Shown here piece after piece: positions 55,752 through 63,786 of a DNA stretch of 63,786 nt. Source of the stretch: Eubacteriales bacterium (GTDB taxonomy: Bacteria > Bacillota > Clostridia > Oscillospirales > CAG-272). Within the stretch, counting starts at the first letter, position 1; the number at the start of each line of letters is the position of its first letter. Position numbers and translations under genes: made by a program. The stretch covers positions 1 to 63,786 of the forward strand of contig JBGVPD010000075.1 of the NCBI GenBank assembly GCA_045126815.1, in the 5' to 3' direction. The notes below the pieces were generated by a model, which saw only the letters and a program-made list of their open reading frames with translations, did no database searches and was not told where the DNA came from.

Positions 55752-56351
55752 ATGAATATTGTATGTTTAGATATGGAAGGCGTTCTTGTTCCTGAAATTT
55801 GGATTGCTTTTGCTGAAGCATCGGGCATCCCCGAACTCAAGAAAACAACAAGAGACGAGCCTGATTATGACAAGCTTATGAAATACAGACTTGACATACT
55901 CAAAAAACACAATCTTGGCTTAAAAGAAATACAGGAAACGATCGAAAAAATCGATCCCATGGAAGGTGCAAAAGAGTTTCTTGACGAACTTCGTTCGCTT
56001 ACACAGGTTATTATTCTCAGTGATACGTTTACACAGTTCGGTATGCCTCTTATGAAAAAACTCGGTATGCCTACCCTTTTCTGCAACGAACTCGTAGTCG
56101 CTGAAAACGGTGAGATTACAGACTACAAAATGAGAGTTGAAAAATCAAAGTATTCAACCGTAAAAGCTCTTCAATCAGTCGGTTTTGAGACTATTGCAGC
56201 CGGTGACAGCCACAACGACCTCGGAATGATCAAAGCAAGTAAAGCGGGTTTCCTTTTTAAGAGCACTGAACAGATCAAAAAAGATAATCCCGATATTCAG
56301 GCATTTGAAGAATACAGCGAACTCCTTGAAGCAATAAAAAAAGTATTATAA
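55752..56351 (+). CDS. thrH: Phosphoserine phosphatase/homoserine phosphotransferase ThrH (HAD family)
   Basis: MNIVCLDMEGVLVPEIWIAFAE...VIILSDTF...AAGDSHND is near-collinear with Pseudomonas ThrH. Confidence 0.9.
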   Translation: MNIVCLDMEGVLVPEIWIAFAEASGIPELKKTTRDEPDYDKLMKYRLDILKKHNLGLKEIQETIEKIDPMEGAKEFLDELRSLTQVIILSDTFTQFGMPLMKKLGMPTLFCNELVVAENGEITDYKMRVEKSKYSTVKALQSVGFETIAAGDSHNDLGMIKASKAGFLFKSTEQIKKDNPDIQAFEEYSELLEAIKKVL

Positions 56352-56357
56352 TAGTTT

Positions 56358-56393
56358 ATGCACCCATTAACCGCTATGGGTGCATATTTTTTT
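56358..56393 (+). terminator. Terminator after thrH
   Basis: ATGCACCCAT / ATGGGTGCAT 10-bp stem followed by ATTTTTTT. Confidence 0.85.
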
Positions 56394-56424
56394 ATAAAAA
56401 ATTGTAAAAAGATGAAAAAAGTAC

Positions 56425-56453
56425 TTGAAATATTGTAAAAAAAGAAGTATAAT
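56425..56453 (+). promoter_or_regulatory. Sigma-A promoter of the CofE-like gene
   Basis: TTGAAA, 17-nt spacer, TATAAT. Confidence 0.7.
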
Positions 56454-56553
56454 AATGGGTGGTTTTTAGATAAGAATTATTTCTGCATAAATCATAGAGT
56501 TTAAATCAAAATTAATTTGTCACTTTAACTCTATTTTAGAAAGGATTTTCAGT

Positions 56554-57753
56554 ATGGAACAGAAAGAACGCAGAGTCGGAACAGTATCAAGAGGTATCCG
56601 TTGCCCTATTATAAGAGAAGGCGATGACCTTGCTTCTATCGTAACAAACAGTGTTATTGAAGCAGCAGAGTATGAAGGTTTTTCTCTTAATGACCGCGAT
56701 GTTGTTAGTATGACGGAATCTATCGTTGCAAGAGCTCAAGGAAACTATGCAAATGTGAAAGATATAGCTGCTGACGTTAAAGCAAAGATCGGTTCAGATA
56801 CAGTTGGTGTAATATTCCCTATTCTTTCAAGAAACAGATTTGCAATTTGCCTTCGCGGAATTGCTATGGGCGTTAAAAAAATCGTTCTTATGTTGAGCTA
56901 CCCTTCAGACGAAGTAGGAAACCAACTTGTTAGTTTGGATAAAGTTGATGAAGCAGGAGTTAATCCCTACTCCGATGTACTCACACTCGAAAAATACCGC
57001 GAACTTTTTGGAGAGAACAAGCACGAGTTTACAGGCGTAGATTACGTTGAATACTACAGTGATCTTATTCGTTCGTGCGGAGCTGAAGCAGAGATTATAT
57101 TTGCAAATCAGCCTAAAGCTATTCTCGACTATACTGATTGTGTTATAAACTGTGATATTCATACACGTGCACGTACAAAGAGAATTCTTAAAGCTGCAGG
57201 CGCAAAAGTTGTATGCAGCCTTGACGACATTCTTACATCTTCCGTAAACGGTAGCGGATATAACGAAAAATACGGTCTTCTCGGTTCAAATAAATCAACC
57301 GAAGATACAATAAAACTCTTCCCTCGCGAATGCAAAGACCTCGTTCTTGATATTCAAAAGAGACTTTATGACAGAACCGGAAAACACATCGAAGTTATGG
57401 TTTACGGTGATGGTGCATTTAAAGATCCTCAGGGTAAGATTTGGGAACTTGCAGATCCCGTTGTTTCTCCTGCATTCACTGACGGTCTCGTTGGTACACC
57501 TAACGAACTTAAACTTAAATACCTCGCTGATAATGAATTCAAAGATCTTTCCGGTGATGAACTTAAAAAGGCTATCTCAGAAAGCATTAAAAGCAAAAAG
57601 GATAACCTTGTCGGTAATATGGCATCTCAGGGAACGACTCCCCGTCAGCTTACAGACCTCATCGGTTCTCTCTGTGACTTGACAAGTGGTTCAGGAGACA
57701 AAGGTACTCCTGTAGTTCTCGTTCAGGGATATTTTGACAACTACACAAACTAA
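56554..57753 (+). CDS. CofE-like (F420-0:gamma-glutamyl ligase family) protein, long form
   Basis: 399 aa. The N-terminus GIRCPIIREGDDLASIV...VSMTESIVARAQGN resembles the CofE fold; the assignment is by motif memory only. Confidence 0.65.
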   Translation: MEQKERRVGTVSRGIRCPIIREGDDLASIVTNSVIEAAEYEGFSLNDRDVVSMTESIVARAQGNYANVKDIAADVKAKIGSDTVGVIFPILSRNRFAICLRGIAMGVKKIVLMLSYPSDEVGNQLVSLDKVDEAGVNPYSDVLTLEKYRELFGENKHEFTGVDYVEYYSDLIRSCGAEAEIIFANQPKAILDYTDCVINCDIHTRARTKRILKAAGAKVVCSLDDILTSSVNGSGYNEKYGLLGSNKSTEDTIKLFPRECKDLVLDIQKRLYDRTGKHIEVMVYGDGAFKDPQGKIWELADPVVSPAFTDGLVGTPNELKLKYLADNEFKDLSGDELKKAISESIKSKKDNLVGNMASQGTTPRQLTDLIGSLCDLTSGSGDKGTPVVLVQGYFDNYTN

Positions 57754-57760
57754 TAAAATT

Positions 57761-57793
57761 AGAGAGTTGGTGAGCTTCGCCCGTCAACTCTCT
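57761..57793 (-). repeat. Palindromic-arm intergenic repeat, copy 3 of 3 (inverted relative to copy 2)
   Basis: AGAGAGTTGgtgagcttcgcccgtCAACTCTCT. Its reverse complement differs from copy 2 at 2 of 33 positions. Confidence 0.65.
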
Positions 57794-57811
57794 ATTATTT
57801 TTAAGATAAAA

Positions 57812-57840
57812 AATGTATGTGAAAAACACATACATTTTTA
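57812..57840. terminator. Bidirectional terminator (CofE-like and recombinase genes)
   Basis: AATGTATGTG-AAAAA-CACATACATT flanked by A-run and T-run. Confidence 0.8.
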
Positions 57841-58821
57841 TTTTTTTATTGAATTAAGCGGATTTTCGCTCATAGCTTTTTCCATACTCGCATCGCTTAC
57901 ATGGGTATATATTTGTGTTGTGTTCAACTGTTCGTGTCCGAGTATATCCTTAAGAACTCGCACGTCAACTTTACCCGTCTGATACATAAGCGTTGCTGCA
58001 GTATGCCTTAGTTTATGTGTGGAAAAATGTTTATATTCAAGTCCGGCTAACTTGAGATACTTATATACTATGTGCTGAACAGTTTTATTGCTTATACGTT
58101 GATGTCTCAAAGACAAAAACAGTGCATTTTTATCTTTAATTTCAATTTGATTATCTGTAGCTCTTACTTTTAGATAATCAGCTAATGCGCTTTTACATGA
58201 ATCATTTAGATAGACAACTCGCTCTTTGCTGCCTTTACCTAAAACACGAATTGAACGTAATTCTCTGTCGATATCATTTAATGATATACCGACCAACTCC
58301 GACAAACGCATACCGCAATTTAAAAACAAAGTAATAATTGCATAATCTCTGGCTCTTGTTTTTGATTCAGGATCATTTTTTACTGCGTCCAAAAGCGCAA
58401 TACTTTCATCAAGCGAAAGATATTTAGGGAGCGACTTATTTCCGATAGAGGGAGATTCTATTGTAACAGCGGGATTTTCATCAATCATTTTTCTGTTTGT
58501 AAGATATTTAAAAAATGATTTTATAGCAGATAGTTTTCTTGCTCTTGCTTTTGCTTTATTCTTTCTGTATTCAACCGTATAGTTAAAAAATTCGTATATT
58601 TCATCTGTTGAAATACTTTTAACAAAGTCTAAGTCAACATCTTTGATTGAAATACTGTCAAATTTTTCACTCTCAAGTTCTATATTTTCCCTTGATGCTA
58701 TTAAGTATCTAAAAAATAATTCAAGATCAAGCAGATATTCATCAACTGTTTTCAGGGAACGGTTTTGTATAGTTAATTTATATGACTTAAAATTTTTCAA
58801 TATTTCCGGATATTCTTTCAA
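57838..58821 (-). CDS. Tyrosine recombinase, XerC/XerD family
   Basis: RLSEL (catalytic Arg), HKLRHTAAT, LGHEQLNTTQIYTH with the catalytic Tyr. TTG start after GGAGG. Confidence 0.9.
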   Translation of the reverse strand: MKEYPEILKNFKSYKLTIQNRSLKTVDEYLLDLELFFRYLIASRENIELESEKFDSISIKDVDLDFVKSISTDEIYEFFNYTVEYRKNKAKARARKLSAIKSFFKYLTNRKMIDENPAVTIESPSIGNKSLPKYLSLDESIALLDAVKNDPESKTRARDYAIITLFLNCGMRLSELVGISLNDIDRELRSIRVLGKGSKERVVYLNDSCKSALADYLKVRATDNQIEIKDKNALFLSLRHQRISNKTVQHIVYKYLKLAGLEYKHFSTHKLRHTAATLMYQTGKVDVRVLKDILGHEQLNTTQIYTHVSDASMEKAMSENPLNSIKK

Positions 58822-58968
58822 AATAACAACCTCCCCTTCTCTTTTTATTTATTATAACATATTATAAAAAAATTTCAACAATTCAATTGTTTTTTTATAA
58901 TTTGTCTTGTAATGTTAATAAATATAATATAAAATAAATGTAATGATATTTTTTAGGCGGTTTAAAAT

Positions 58969-59559
58969 ATGAAAAGATTTTTCGAAGACTGTTTTGATTT
59001 GATATTCAGGATGGTTATAACCCAAATTGGCTTGACGATGTTTGGCACGATGTTGGCGTTGGTTTCTCGTAAATTACCGGGAGCTGAAGAAAAAGTAAAA
59101 GATCCTATGCTGATAGTAGTAAGTCTTGTTGCTATCGGTTTATATCTGTTTTTACTCTACGTTCACACCTGGGAAAAAGGCGCAAGAGATAAAATCAAAG
59201 TCGACGGCGGTAGAATGAAGAAGTCTAAATACAAAGGTTTATTTGCTTCTCTTGTGGCTAACTCAATCAACATAATATTAGGGCTTGTTATGTGTATATC
59301 ATATCCTTTTTGTGACTTTGATATAGCTCCGTATTCAACCCCTTGTCAAGTTTTCGGATCAGCTAATTTGATCGCAAGATTTATTCAAGGAATGTATCTC
59401 GGTTTAATACGCTATTTCTTCCCCGACGCATTAAACACACCGCCAATTATTTTTATACTGATCGTACTTCCTGCTGTTTTGATATCTTTTGCAGGATATT
59501 ATATGGGATCGGAAAACAAAGGCAAACTTAAAATTTTTGACACGACTCCATCTAAATAA
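58969..59559 (+). CDS. Polytopic membrane protein (hypothetical)
   Basis: 196 aa, 4-5 TM segments, no recognised motif. Confidence 0.6.
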   Translation: MKRFFEDCFDLIFRMVITQIGLTMFGTMLALVSRKLPGAEEKVKDPMLIVVSLVAIGLYLFLLYVHTWEKGARDKIKVDGGRMKKSKYKGLFASLVANSINIILGLVMCISYPFCDFDIAPYSTPCQVFGSANLIARFIQGMYLGLIRYFFPDALNTPPIIFILIVLPAVLISFAGYYMGSENKGKLKIFDTTPSK

Positions 59560-59570
59560 ATGTAATTTTT

Positions 59571-59620
59571 TCACCCGTTTTAAACATATAATTTATTAAA
59601 AATATGTTTAAGACGGGTGA
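59571..59620 (+). promoter_or_regulatory. 19-bp inverted repeat whose right arm contains the cwlD RBS
   Basis: TCACCCGTTTTAAACATAT, 12 nt, ATATGTTTAAGACGGGTGA (19 pairs, one G-U). GGGTGA is the SD, 5 nt before the ATG at 59626. Confidence 0.6.
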
Positions 59621-59625
59621 TTATT

Positions 59626-60351
59626 ATGCAAAAAAACACAATGGACAGAACAAGTGTCGTTATTATCAAAATTTGTATATTCTCAATCGTATTGTCTCTT
59701 ACTGCACTGCTTCTGTGCACGTTATTCTATTATTGGACGGGCAAGGACGCTGACACATGGACAATTAAAAACAGTCCAACTGTAATTATAGATGCAGGAC
59801 ACGGAGGTATGGACAGCGGAGCATCATGCGAAGGAGTATATGAGAAAGAATTAAATTTGTCATTAGCATTAATGTTAGGCGATATGCTTAAATCGAGCGG
59901 ATACGAGGTAATACAAACGCGAAGTGACGACATAATGCTTGGAAACGGCGCTAAAGGTTCTGTAAAAATGGCAGATCTAAAAGAACGCGTTAATTTAGCT
60001 AACTCATACGATAACGCTGTATTTGTCAGCATACATATGAATAAATTTTCGCAAGAAAAATATTCCGGTTTACAAGTATTCTATTCTAAAAACAATAAGT
60101 CGAGTGCCAGTCTCGCAGAAAAAATCCAATCTAACGTTAAAACGATGCTTCAATCCGGCAACAATAGAGAAATAAAACAAGCAGGAAGCAATATTTTTCT
60201 GTTAGACAATATAGATACACCCGCAGTTCTGGTAGAATGCGGTTTTCTGTCTAATCCGGATGAAAGAAAGAAACTTTCTACAGATGAATACAGAAAAGAG
60301 TTAGCCTCTGTTATTTATTCATCTGTTGTTGAATTTTTAGAAGATGTATGA
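59626..60351 (+). CDS. cwlD: N-acetylmuramoyl-L-alanine amidase CwlD-like (Amidase_3)
   Basis: N-terminal TM, then VIIDAGHGGMDSGA, FVSIHMN and ECGFLSN zinc-ligand motifs. Size is typical of CwlD. Confidence 0.85.
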   Translation: MQKNTMDRTSVVIIKICIFSIVLSLTALLLCTLFYYWTGKDADTWTIKNSPTVIIDAGHGGMDSGASCEGVYEKELNLSLALMLGDMLKSSGYEVIQTRSDDIMLGNGAKGSVKMADLKERVNLANSYDNAVFVSIHMNKFSQEKYSGLQVFYSKNNKSSASLAEKIQSNVKTMLQSGNNREIKQAGSNIFLLDNIDTPAVLVECGFLSNPDERKKLSTDEYRKELASVIYSSVVEFLEDV

Positions 60352-60397
60352 TATAATATATACACATTTGTAATTAACAAAAAAGGATATAAAAGTT

Positions 60398-61759
60398 ATG
60401 GCTGATAAAAGCGTATTCATCTGCACTGAATGCGGCCACAAAGCATCAAAATGGACCGGTCAGTGCCCCTTGTGTAAAGCTTGGAATACAATGGAAGAAC
60501 AAGATATGATCCCGGAAGTAAAAGCTTCATCAAGACTTATCTTGAACGAATATAACAATTCTGCGGAAAAAGTAAATGAGCTTGAATTGCCCAACTATAT
60601 GAGAAGCGATACCGGCATGACTGAACTTGATAGAGTTCTCGGCGGAGGACTGGTTCACGGCTCGGTCGTACTCCTTTCGGGTGAACCCGGAATTGGTAAA
60701 TCAACGCTTTTGCTTCAGATCTCTTCTTCACTTGGACAAAACAAAAAAGTTCTTTATATATCAGGAGAAGAATCAAGAGGACAGATCAAACTCAGAGCTC
60801 AAAGACTAGATATACACTCGGATAACCTCTTCATTTTAACAGAAACGGACATTGATAAGATCCTTTCAGAATGTAAAAGAATTGCCCCTGACGTTATAAT
60901 TGTTGATTCTATACAAACCGTTTACGACAGGCGTTTCCCTGCCGCTCCCGGAAGTATTACTCAGGTAAGAGAAAGTGCTATGCGTTTTATTTCCGTTGCT
61001 AAAAACGAAGGAATATCTGTATTTCTTGTTGGTCACGTCAACAAAGAAGGCGGTATCGCGGGTCCGAAAGTTTTGGAACATATAGTTGACACAGTATTGT
61101 ACTTCGAGGGTGAAAGAAGACAAATATACAGAATTATAAGAGCTGTAAAAAACCGTTTCGGCTCAACTGACGAAATAGGTATGTTTGAAATGACAGGAGA
61201 GGGCCTGAGAGAGGTTTATAACCCCTCAGAATCGCTTCTTGCGGGTAGACCCCAGAATGTATCAGGCAACTGCGCTGTGTGCGTTATGGAAGGCTCACGC
61301 CCTCTTATAACCGAAATACAAGCGTTGGTTTCAAGAACATCGTTCCCGTCCCCTAAAAGAACAGCAAACGGTTTTGATTATAACCGTATATATCTTTTAC
61401 TTGCAGTTCTTGAAAAGAGGTTAGGTCTTAAATTTTCTCAAAACGACGTATATTTAAACGTTATCGGAGGTATAAGACTGGTAGAGCCTTCAGCGGATCT
61501 GGGAGCGGCTTTATCTCTTATATCAAGTATAAAAGATATTCCCTTACCTGATGATTTTATCGCTTTCGGCGAAATAGGACTTGCAGGTGAATGCAGAGCT
61601 ATTCCATCTATTGAACAAAGAATAAACGAAGCTTCAAGAATAGGTTTCACCAAAATAATGATTCCCTACCGCAACACCTTGAACAAAAAACTTAAGGTAA
61701 ATGATGCAGAAATTATTCCCGTAAAGAGCATTTTTGATGCCCTTAAAATCTTGAATTAA
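60398..61759 (+). CDS. radA: DNA repair protein RadA/Sms
   Basis: CxxC..CxxC zinc finger, Walker A GEPGIGKST, KNRFG motif, Lon-like C-terminal domain. Confidence 0.97.
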   Translation: MADKSVFICTECGHKASKWTGQCPLCKAWNTMEEQDMIPEVKASSRLILNEYNNSAEKVNELELPNYMRSDTGMTELDRVLGGGLVHGSVVLLSGEPGIGKSTLLLQISSSLGQNKKVLYISGEESRGQIKLRAQRLDIHSDNLFILTETDIDKILSECKRIAPDVIIVDSIQTVYDRRFPAAPGSITQVRESAMRFISVAKNEGISVFLVGHVNKEGGIAGPKVLEHIVDTVLYFEGERRQIYRIIRAVKNRFGSTDEIGMFEMTGEGLREVYNPSESLLAGRPQNVSGNCAVCVMEGSRPLITEIQALVSRTSFPSPKRTANGFDYNRIYLLLAVLEKRLGLKFSQNDVYLNVIGGIRLVEPSADLGAALSLISSIKDIPLPDDFIAFGEIGLAGECRAIPSIEQRINEASRIGFTKIMIPYRNTLNKKLKVNDAEIIPVKSIFDALKILN

Positions 61760-61769
61760 ATATTAAATT

Positions 61770-61810
61770 CAGCATATATATGTTTTTATGTATATATGCT
61801 GTTATTTTTA
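61770..61810 (+). terminator. Terminator after radA
   Basis: CAGCATATATA / TATATATGCTG stem followed by TTATTTTT. Confidence 0.8.
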
Positions 61811-61842
61811 TGTTAATAATTGGTTCAGATAGGAAAATTCAC

Positions 61843-61870
61843 TTGATTTTTAGGTATATTATAGTATAAT
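61843..61870 (+). promoter_or_regulatory. Promoter of secA
   Basis: TTGATT, 16-nt spacer, TATAAT. Confidence 0.5.
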
Positions 61871-61911
61871 ATAATAGTATTGTTATATATTTATGAGACG
61901 AGGATATTGTT

Positions 61912-63786
61912 ATGAGTTTTATTAATAAAATAATTGGAACATATAGCGACAGACAACTGAAAAAAATCAGTTCTACGGTTGATAAAATAGAGGCACTTGC
62001 AGAAAAATACTCTTCTATGACCGACGAAGAACTTAAAGAGTGCACAAATGTGTTGAAATCTCGTTTGGCAAACGGAGAAACGCTTGACGATATTCTTGTC
62101 GATGCTTTCGCGCTTGTAAGAGAAGCTGACGACAGAGTGTTAGGTAAAAGACCATTCCGTGTACAGCTTATGGGCGGTATTATACTCCATCAAGGCAGAA
62201 TTGCCGAGATGAAAACAGGTGAAGGAAAAACTTTGGTAGCTACCCTTCCCGCCTATTTAAACGCGCTTTCGGGTAACGGCGTCCACATTGTTACAGTTAA
62301 CGAATATCTCGCAAGACTCGGCGCTGAAGAAATGGGCAGAGTTTATGGATTTCTCGGGCTTACAACAGGACTTATATGCCACGACCAAACAAAAGCTGAT
62401 AAACAAAAAGCTTATGAAGCAGACATAACCTACGGAACTAATAACGAATTCGGATTTGACTATCTTCGTGACAACATGGTTGTATATAAGCACAATATGA
62501 CACAAAGAGGTCACGCTTTTGCTATCGTTGACGAAGTTGACTCCATTCTTATAGATGAAGCACGTACTCCCCTTATCATTTCGGGAGAGGGCGAAAAATC
62601 AACCGATATGTATGACCGCGCCGATAAACTTGTAAAAGGTATGCGCGAATACAGAATAAAAGAGATTGACCAGAAAGAAAGTACTGACGATGTAGATGCA
62701 GACTATATCGTAGACGAAAAAGCTCGTTCAACTATTCTTACAGCGCAAGGTGTTGAAAAATCAGAAAAATTCTTTGGAATTGAAAACCTTTCAGATCCGG
62801 AAAACTCCGAACTCGCACATTATATTAATCAGGCAATAAAAGCACACGGTATAATGAAAAAAGACGTTGACTACGTAATGAAAGACGGAGAGGTTATAAT
62901 CGTAGACTCATTTACGGGACGACTTATGTTCGGCAGACGATATTCCGACGGTTTGCACCAAGCCATTGAAGCTAAAGAACACGTACAGATACAGAAAGAA
63001 AACAAGACTTTAGCAACAATTACTTTCCAAAACTACTTCAGACTTTACAGTAAACTTTCGGGTATGACAGGTACTGCACAAACCGAAGAAGCTGAATTCA
63101 GAGAAATTTACAATCTCGACGTTGTGGTTATTCCAACCAACAAACCGATGATAAGAATTGACCATAACGACGTTGTATATAAAAACACCAAAGGCAAATA
63201 CGACGCAATTGTTGAACAGGTGATCAAATGCCACGAAAAAGGACAACCTGTTCTTGTAGGTACTGTTTCCGTTGATAAATCCGAAGAATTATCAAGACGC
63301 CTCAAAAAAGAAGGTATTGAACATACGGTTCTTAATGCTAAATTTCACGAAAAGGAAGCTGAAATCGTAGCTGATGCAGGTAAGATCGGTAAAGTAACCA
63401 TTTCAACAAATATGGCGGGACGTGGTACAGATATTATGTTGGGCGGTAACCCTGAATTTATGGCTAAACAGGAAATGTCCAGACTGGGATATGAAGACAA
63501 CGTTATAGGTCTTGCTGTAGGTTCATCTATGTCCGTTTCCGAAGAAGTCCTTGAAGCTAGAAAAATATATAAAGATCTGTTTAACAAATATAAAGAAGAA
63601 ATCGCCCCGTTGGCACAAAAAGTACGCGAAGCAGGTGGTCTTTTTATAATCGGTACCGAACGTCATGAAAGCAGACGTATCGACAACCAGCTCAGAGGTC
63701 GTTCGGGACGTCAGGGTGACCCGGGTTCTTCTATATTCTATGTGTCTCTTGAGGATAAGCTGATGCGACTCTTCGGTGGTGAGAAG
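61912..63786 (+). CDS. secA: Preprotein translocase ATPase SecA (3' end outside the window)
   Basis: Open frame from ATG 61912 (RBS GAGGA) to the window end, 625 codons. MSFINKIIG..., [43 protein letters not shown]. Not in the track because no stop is reached. Confidence 0.97.
   Translation, partial: MSFINKIIGTYSDRQLKKISSTVDKIEALAEKYSSMTDEELKECTNVLKSRLANGETLDDILVDAFALVREADDRVLGKRPFRVQLMGGIILHQGRIAEMKTGEGKTLVATLPAYLNALSGNGVHIVTVNEYLARLGAEEMGRVYGFLGLTTGLICHDQTKADKQKAYEADITYGTNNEFGFDYLRDNMVVYKHNMTQRGHAFAIVDEVDSILIDEARTPLIISGEGEKSTDMYDRADKLVKGMREYRIKEIDQKESTDDVDADYIVDEKARSTILTAQGVEKSEKFFGIENLSDPENSELAHYINQAIKAHGIMKKDVDYVMKDGEVIIVDSFTGRLMFGRRYSDGLHQAIEAKEHVQIQKENKTLATITFQNYFRLYSKLSGMTGTAQTEEAEFREIYNLDVVVIPTNKPMIRIDHNDVVYKNTKGKYDAIVEQVIKCHEKGQPVLVGTVSVDKSEELSRRLKKEGIEHTVLNAKFHEKEAEIVADAGKIGKVTISTNMAGRGTDIMLGGNPEFMAKQEMSRLGYEDNVIGLAVGSSMSVSEEVLEARKIYKDLFNKYKEEIAPLAQKVREAGGLFIIGTERHESRRIDNQLRGRSGRQGDPGSSIFYVSLEDKLMRLFGGEK

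Noticed and set aside
56454-56553. Riboswitch in the CofE-like leader
   Set aside because: It contains only one simple hairpin followed by UUUU. There is no multi-helix junction or recognisable aptamer motif. It is noted as a possible attenuator within the CofE-like finding.
58822-58968. dif site or invertible promoter (inverton) next to the Xer-like recombinase
   Set aside because: Only short AT-rich palindromes are present (TTATAACATATTATAA and AACAATTcAATTGTT). There is no 11-6-11 dif-like architecture and no long inverted repeats bracketing a promoter.
1-63786. CRISPR arrays, transposases/IS elements, prophage, toxin-antitoxin pairs or known defence systems
   Set aside because: I saw no spaced direct-repeat array and no DDE or serine recombinase ORFs. 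I saw no phage structural genes, and no nuclease/helicase/methylase cluster beyond housekeeping RNA methyltransferases and topB.

Overview
This 63.8-kb window looks like a core chromosomal segment of a low-GC, endospore-forming Firmicute (class Clostridia). All calls come from reading the sequence and ORF track by eye; no BLAST, HMM or covariance searches were run, so family names rest on recognised motifs. About 62 CDS are packed tightly on both strands. They include a complete spoIIIAA-AH operon and spore-cortex genes (spoVB-like, dacB-like, two NodB deacetylases including pdaA-like, cwlD-like). Housekeeping blocks include ruvCAB, ecfA1-ecfA2-ecfT-truA, yceD-rpmF, feoAB, topB-dut, cca, pgi, deoB-cysK, radA and a 3'-truncated secA. 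There is one tRNA-Val(GAC) and one yybP-ykoY (Mn2+) riboswitch ahead of a bona fide P-type cation ATPase. There are many near-consensus sigma-A promoters and Rho-independent terminators. I found no CRISPR array, transposase, prophage or recognisable defence system. Six things look most worth a second look. (1) A full-length P-type ATPase paralog has every catalytic motif replaced (DKTGT to HKEGA) and sits directly after a ClpE-like zinc-ribbon AAA+ unfoldase. (2) A 33-nt hairpin repeat occurs three times, in both orientations, always at convergent gene junctions. (3) A roughly 110-nt structured leader with mutually exclusive helices precedes an orphan 136-aa P-loop protein. (4) Tandem paralogous secreted proteins share a roughly 45-aa N-terminal module, next to an ECF sigma pair and a small ORF (49 aa) absent from the supplied ORF track. 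(5) spoIIIAG and deoB appear to use non-canonical start codons. (6) A 19-bp inverted repeat buries the cwlD ribosome-binding site.
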